A DNA stretch of 64,000 nucleotides from Myxococcota bacterium (GTDB taxonomy: Bacteria > Myxococcota_A > Polyangia > Nannocystales > Nannocystaceae): contig JBCCWC010000001.1 of NCBI GenBank assembly GCA_039194325.1, positions 207,206-271,205 on the forward strand, in the 5' to 3' direction. Positions 58,667 through 64,000 of the stretch are shown here, piece after piece. The notes beneath the pieces were generated by a model that saw nothing but the letters and a program-made list of their open reading frames with translations, was not told the DNA's origin and ran no database searches. How positions within the stretch are numbered: position 1 is the first letter of the stretch; each line of letters begins with the position of its first letter. The translations under genes and the position numbers were made by a program.

Positions 58667-58802
58667 GAGACGGTTCGGAACCGCGCTCCCGGCCATAACA
58701 TTGGCCACAACAAAGGCCGCAACCGAAGCCGCGGGGTGAAATCCACGGATCGGGTGAAACAAGATCCGTAGGGCGGACACTACCCCGCGCGTCATGGGGA
58801 GT

Positions 58803-59414
58803 TCAGTCGCCTGCGAGCTCGGACCGCAAGACTCGGGCCAGCTCGCCGATCTGGTCGACGGTCGATCGCGCGACGGTCTCGCCGGCTGCGAGCCGCTCCA
58901 GCTGACGCTCCAGCTGCTGCCGGCCGCGTCGCAGACGGGTGCGCACGGTCGCCGGCGGTACGCCGAGCACCTCGGCGATCTCGTCTCCGGTCATCTGCTC
59001 CCAGTAGTAGAGCTCGAGCGCGATCTGGTAGTCGACCGGGATCCGCCGCAGCGCATGGGCGAGCAGCCGTGCTTGCTGATGGCGCACCACGTGCTCGCTA
59101 GGGCTGGTGGCAAGATCCTCGATCGTCGAGTGCTCGAAGTCGAGGACCCCGTGTCGGTGGCTCGACCGAAAGTGGGCGAAGAGCACGTTGCGCGCGATGG
59201 CAAAAAGGTAGGTCCGAAACGACGATCGCCCCTCGAAGCGCTCCCCCGATTCCACGCAGGCGAGCATGGTCTCTTGCAAGAGATCGTCGATCCCCTCGGT
59301 GACCTTGTTGCGAAAGAACCCATAGAGCGAGTCGAAGTAGCGACCGGTGAGCTCGCTTCCCGCACGCGGATCCCCGGCTCGCCACCGAGCCAGCAGCTGT
59401 GCATCGGAGGTCAC
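58803..59414 (-). CDS. ECF sigma-70 factor
   Basis: DDLLQETML...SFRTYLFAIARN; EIAEVLGVPPATVRTRLRRG. Confidence 0.92.
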   Translation of the reverse strand: MTSDAQLLARWRAGDPRAGSELTGRYFDSLYGFFRNKVTEGIDDLLQETMLACVESGERFEGRSSFRTYLFAIARNVLFAHFRSSHRHGVLDFEHSTIEDLATSPSEHVVRHQQARLLAHALRRIPVDYQIALELYYWEQMTGDEIAEVLGVPPATVRTRLRRGRQQLERQLERLAAGETVARSTVDQIGELARVLRSELAGD

Positions 59415-59437
59415 GCTCGATGGTAACATCGACCCTG

Positions 59438-62359
59438 GTGGACGAGACCGTAGCGCTGGAGCCCAACGAGGCAATGGCGGCAATCCGTCACGACGTCGAT
59501 CCGATCGATCGCCAGCAGCGCCGCGCTGCCCTGTTCTCCTCCCTGTTCGACGAGGCACCCCCCTCGCTCACGATCGACCGTTTCGTGGTCCTCGAGCCGC
59601 TCGGCGCGGGTGCCATGGGGCGGGTCTATCGAGCCCGCGATCCTCGGCTGGAGCGTGAAGTCGCGATCAAGCTGATGCGCCGCGATCTCTTCGAGATGGG
59701 CACCTTCGGCCACCATCAAGCCCGGATGATCGACGAGGCGCGAGCCTTGGCCCAGCTCGACCACCCCAACGTGGTGTCGATCTACGAGGCCGGCGAGGTC
59801 GACGACGGAGTGTTCATCGCGATGCAGTACGTCGAGGGACCGACGCTGCGCGATTGGATGGACGACGGCCCCCACGGTTGGGAGGAGATCGTCCGCGTGT
59901 TTGTGGGAGCGGCCCGGGGCCTGGCCGCCGCGCATGCGCAAGGTCTGGTGCACCGAGATTTCAAGCCCGCCAACGTGTTCATCTGTCGGGAGGACGGCCA
60001 GGTCCTGGTCGGCGACTTCGGCCTGGCTCGCGACGCGTACGTCCCCGCCACCGAGGGCGGAGAACGAAGCGCAGTCACCGATCCGCAGGCCGCCCAACAC
60101 CCCACCCGACCACCGACTCAAACTCCGACACAAACCCCTACCCAGACCCCTACTTGGACAGGGACGATCATGGGCACCCCCGCCTATATGTCCCCCGAGC
60201 AGCGATGGGGTCGACCTCTCGACGGGCGATCCGATCAATACAGCTTCGGGATCACGCTGTACGAAGCGCTCTACGGTCACCGGCCGGACCAGGGGCCCCC
60301 GCCCCGCAAGCTCAACGTTCCGCGCTGGCTCAGCCGGGTGCTTGAGCGCACCCTCGCCGACCTACCCGATGATCGCTTCGAGGACATGACGGCGGTCATC
60401 GATGCGCTCGGTCGAGATCGCAAGGCGATCCTCCGCCGTCGCCTGGCCGCCGGGGGCCTGACGCTGGCGCTTGGCGCCAGCGCACTGGCCGTCGTCGGGC
60501 TCGGGCAACAGACCGTCCCCGTCGATCCCTGCGCCGTGGAGCAAGAGCGGATCGACGAGGTCCTGAGCGACCAGGCCCGCGAAGGGCTTCGCGCGACCCT
60601 GCTGGCCTCCGATGCTCCCTTCGCCCAAGCGAGCGCAAGGACGGTGGATCGCACCTTGTCGGCCTACGCCGAGCGCTGGACCCAGTCCCGCCGCGAGTCC
60701 TGCGAGGCCACCTGGGTTCGACATGAGCAATCCTCTGCGCTCTTCGACCGACGCGCTCACTGTCTCGACCAACGTGTGACCGCCGTAGAGGCACTGCTGG
60801 CCGGCGCGGCCCGCTCAGAGCCGGTCAACGTCCAGCGAGTGGTCGGCACCGTGCTCCGGCTCCCGTCGATCGACCACTGCAACGATCGGGAGCGACTGAT
60901 GGCGCAAGCCGCTCTACCCGACGATCCGGCTACGGCCCGCCAAGTCGAGCAGCTCCACCACCGCCTCGTCACCGCGAGAACCACCACCTACCTCGGCTAT
61001 CTCGACGATGCTGAAGAACAAACCAAGCAGGTGATCCGCGGCGCCGAGGCCCTCGAGTATCCGCCGCTGTTGGCGGTGGCTCTGGGCCTATCGGCCGTCC
61101 AGGCCAGGAGTCGCGGAGACCTACATCGGGCCGAGCAGATCCTCGAGCGGGCCCTTTACGAGTCTCAAGCCGCGGGGAGTGATCACATCACGATCCGATT
61201 GATCGCGTTGCTGACCTTCGTCGTCGGCAATGTCCAAGAGCGATTCGACGAAGGTCAGCGGTGGCTCTCTCAAGGCCACGCGGTGCTGCGCCGGGTGGGC
61301 AACGCCCCCGAGCTCAAGGCGATCTTGCTCACCGAAGAAGGCAACCTACGGGTCGCACAGGGCCAGCAGCGTGAGGCTCGCAAGGCCTACGAAGCCGCCC
61401 TCGCCCTCCACATCGAGGTCTACGGGCCCGAGCACCCCAACACGATCGGCGCTCACAACAACCTCGGGCTCATCGCCTATCAACTCGAGGATCACCAGCA
61501 AGCCCTCGAGCACTACGACGAGGCGCTGGCCGGATGGTCTGCGCTCTACGGCCCCGAGCACCCCGACGTCGCGGCCACCCTGTACGGTCGAGCCGGCGTG
61601 CTGATCCAGCTCGATCGCCTCGAACAAGCAGAGGCGGACTCTCGCCGCTCCTATGCGATCTACGAGGCCACCGTGGGGCCCGAGCACCTCGACACCGCCG
61701 ACGTGCTGTGCCAGGGAGGCAACATCCTCTTCGCGCGCCGCGAGTATGACCAGGCTCGCCGACAGATGCAGCGCTGCGTGGAGATCTACCAACAGACCCT
61801 GGGCCCCGAGCACTCCGCCGCGCTGAACACGGTGTCCACCATCGGCCGCACCTTCCAAGAGCAAGGCGACTGCGACACGGCGATGGCCTACTTCGAGCGA
61901 TCGCTGACCGCTCAGCACAAGCACCTCGGCGAGCAACACCCCGATCTGCTGCGCAACCTCGACGCGATTGCTTGGTGTCAGCTCGAGCAAGGCCATCCAC
62001 AGGCCGCCCTCGAGTCGGCCGAGTCGGGCCTCGAGCTTCGTACGGAGCTCTATGGCGCCGAGCACCCATCGCTCGGCCTCTCGCTAGAGCGCCAGGGACA
62101 CGCCTACCTGGCCCTGGGCGACGAGCACCATGCGCTGGCCTCGTTCGAAGCCGCCCTGATGCGCGATAAAGGCACCGAGTCGTCGTCTCGTCTCGATCCC
62201 TCCACCCGATTCGAAGCGGCGCGGCTGCTGCTGGCCCACGATCCCCGCCGTGCTCGCACCTTGGCGCAGCAGGCCGAGCAACGCTGGCAAGAGCTCGAAA
62301 AGCTCGATGAGGCGGCCGAGGTCACGGCCTGGATCCAGCGATCCTTTTCTAGCCGCTGA
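59438..62359 (+). CDS. Membrane Ser/Thr kinase with kinesin-light-chain-type TPR repeats
   Basis: GAGAMG, HRDFKPAN, DFG, GTPAYMSPE; TM; repeated G(P)EHP TPRs. Start uncertain (59420-59474). Confidence 0.93.
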   Translation: MDETVALEPNEAMAAIRHDVDPIDRQQRRAALFSSLFDEAPPSLTIDRFVVLEPLGAGAMGRVYRARDPRLEREVAIKLMRRDLFEMGTFGHHQARMIDEARALAQLDHPNVVSIYEAGEVDDGVFIAMQYVEGPTLRDWMDDGPHGWEEIVRVFVGAARGLAAAHAQGLVHRDFKPANVFICREDGQVLVGDFGLARDAYVPATEGGERSAVTDPQAAQHPTRPPTQTPTQTPTQTPTWTGTIMGTPAYMSPEQRWGRPLDGRSDQYSFGITLYEALYGHRPDQGPPPRKLNVPRWLSRVLERTLADLPDDRFEDMTAVIDALGRDRKAILRRRLAAGGLTLALGASALAVVGLGQQTVPVDPCAVEQERIDEVLSDQAREGLRATLLASDAPFAQASARTVDRTLSAYAERWTQSRRESCEATWVRHEQSSALFDRRAHCLDQRVTAVEALLAGAARSEPVNVQRVVGTVLRLPSIDHCNDRERLMAQAALPDDPATARQVEQLHHRLVTARTTTYLGYLDDAEEQTKQVIRGAEALEYPPLLAVALGLSAVQARSRGDLHRAEQILERALYESQAAGSDHITIRLIALLTFVVGNVQERFDEGQRWLSQGHAVLRRVGNAPELKAILLTEEGNLRVAQGQQREARKAYEAALALHIEVYGPEHPNTIGAHNNLGLIAYQLEDHQQALEHYDEALAGWSALYGPEHPDVAATLYGRAGVLIQLDRLEQAEADSRRSYAIYEATVGPEHLDTADVLCQGGNILFARREYDQARRQMQRCVEIYQQTLGPEHSAALNTVSTIGRTFQEQGDCDTAMAYFERSLTAQHKHLGEQHPDLLRNLDAIAWCQLEQGHPQAALESAESGLELRTELYGAEHPSLGLSLERQGHAYLALGDEHHALASFEAALMRDKGTESSSRLDPSTRFEAARLLLAHDPRRARTLAQQAEQRWQELEKLDEAAEVTAWIQRSFSSR

Positions 62360-62516
62360 GTTCAAGATCACCGCGGGCGACCTGGTCGCTCACTCGTAGT
62401 CGACCTACCGGCGGGTCATCCCGCCTCTTCATGAACCCGGGGCTCGATGCTCCGGTGAGCCTCGTGCATCGGTCCAGCCGATGTCCGCCACTCCACTGAC
62501 AATCAGGACAAGAACA

Positions 62517-64000
62517 ATGACCCGTTCGCTACCCACATCGCCGAAGCTCGCCATCATCCGTAACGCTACCACCCGCCGCGCTACCATCCGCCGCGCCACC
62601 CTCCGTAGCTTGGCCCCGTGCCTGCTGCTCGCCGGCTGCATTGTCGATCCCCACGATCCCCACGCGCTCGCGCTCACGCTCGACGACGAGATGTCCCAAG
62701 ACGAGCCCAGCGCACCGACCGGCGAACAGGATCTCATCGCCATCGACGCTCCCGCCCTGGCCACCCCAGGGTTCCCGCTTCAGATCACCAAGAGCAGCGC
62801 CGACATCCAGCTCGACTGGCCAGACCAGGGCCCGGGCACCACGTACCGCGTGCTCTCGTGCCCGCGGCCGTACTTCGCCCCCGACGACCCCGACGTCACG
62901 CAAGAGCTCTCCAACCTCGCTGCCACCAGCACGATCCTGAGCGGAGCCAACGACGGCACGACCCGCTACTACCGCGTGCTCACCAACGACAACCGCCCGT
63001 CGAGCATCGTCGGTCAGATGACGATCCCGCTGGACCCCAATTTCTCCGTGCTGCCGCTGTGTCTCGAGGGCGAGATCAACGACACCAATGCCCTGCTGAG
63101 CGACACCGGCTCGCTCACCGCCGAGGCAGCCTTTCGCTGGGATGCCCCGCAACAAGCGTGGCAGTTCGCGCCCACCGGCTCCATGAGTCCGCTGACGTTC
63201 GAGCTGGGCATGAGCGTGGGCATCAAGCACCCCGGGGCGGGCAACCCCGTGCCCAGCACGTACACCTGGGTCGGTGACGTCCCCGGCACCCACGAGATGG
63301 CGCTCCCGCTGGTCGTGGGCGAGAACAACGTGACGATGCCGCTCAACACTTCACCGGGATTGATGGCCAGCGACATCCTGCCGCTCGTCACGGGCGGCCA
63401 GCGGCTAGGCTACTGGAACAACGCAGCCCTCGACTACCACTGGTATCCCGATGATGGAGACTTTGCCGTTCCGCCCTGCTCGGCGATCCGCCTCGACGTC
63501 AACGCCCCCTCGGTATTCCCCGGCTGCGATCCCGCGTCCCTCGAGCTGGGTGGATCCTCCAACCACAACTGGTACTCCGGCGGATCACGCGGTGCCGAGC
63601 AGGGCACCCACGGCATTGGGATGGGTGATTGCCCGCCCGGTGCCATGGTGGTCGGTCTCGAGGCCTACGAGGGCGGTAACGCCGACTGGACCGACGGGAT
63701 CGGCGTGCACTGTCGCGAAGTCACGATCGTCGACGGACAGGTGAGCTTTGGGGCTGACTCCTACAGCAACTGGTACACCAGCGGCCCCCGCTCGGCCGAG
63801 CAGGGCACCCACGGCGGCGAGGGCAACGGGGACTGCCCTCCCGGCCAGGTCGTCACCGGCGTCCAGTACTTCGAGGGCGGCAACGCCGACTGGGTCGACG
63901 GGATCGGGTTTCGCTGCCAAGCGATCGAATGGAACGGCGGCGGCTTCACCTACGGCGCCAGCTCGCACAGCAACTGGTACTTCGGCGGCGCGCGAACGGC
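62517..64000 (+). CDS. Lipoprotein with ~67-aa beta-prism-like repeats (3'-partial; absent from the ORF track)
   Basis: ATG 62517, LLAGC lipobox, frame runs to the window end; repeats NWY..G.R.AEQGTHG...GDCPPG..V.G...EGGNADW.DGIG..C. Confidence 0.8.
   Translation, partial: MTRSLPTSPKLAIIRNATTRRATIRRATLRSLAPCLLLAGCIVDPHDPHALALTLDDEMSQDEPSAPTGEQDLIAIDAPALATPGFPLQITKSSADIQLDWPDQGPGTTYRVLSCPRPYFAPDDPDVTQELSNLAATSTILSGANDGTTRYYRVLTNDNRPSSIVGQMTIPLDPNFSVLPLCLEGEINDTNALLSDTGSLTAEAAFRWDAPQQAWQFAPTGSMSPLTFELGMSVGIKHPGAGNPVPSTYTWVGDVPGTHEMALPLVVGENNVTMPLNTSPGLMASDILPLVTGGQRLGYWNNAALDYHWYPDDGDFAVPPCSAIRLDVNAPSVFPGCDPASLELGGSSNHNWYSGGSRGAEQGTHGIGMGDCPPGAMVVGLEAYEGGNADWTDGIGVHCREVTIVDGQVSFGADSYSNWYTSGPRSAEQGTHGGEGNGDCPPGQVVTGVQYFEGGNADWVDGIGFRCQAIEWNGGGFTYGASSHSNWYFGGART

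Overview
High-GC chromosomal window that looks myxobacterial (Nannocystaceae-like), judged from a MYXO-CTERM protein, many Ser/Thr/Gly-linker lipoproteins, a DUF1552/DUF1592 pair and an ECF-kinase pair. It holds about 45 CDS, two tRNA-Leu genes (TAG, CAG) and housekeeping genes (trxB, HtrA-like protease, heterodimeric ABC exporter, ThiD-like kinase, TrmH-family methylase, adenylate cyclase). No transposase, integrase, reverse transcriptase or CRISPR array was seen. Three things stand out. (1) A CHAT protease + Ser/Thr kinase + TM + FGE-sulfatase/C-type-lectin-fold gene (14239-17352) whose last ~40 codons look like a diversity-generating retroelement (DGR) variable region; RT and template repeat are not in the window, so it would be a remote target. 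(2) A translationally coupled operon of a divergent acyl-CoA dehydrogenase, a ubiquitin-like MoaD/ThiS protein, a double hot-dog protein and a kinase-STAND-TPR protein (28681-34820), behind an AT-rich direct repeat. (3) An ECF sigma gene with no canonical in-frame start, probably using ACG. All functional calls come from reading motifs by eye; no database search was run.
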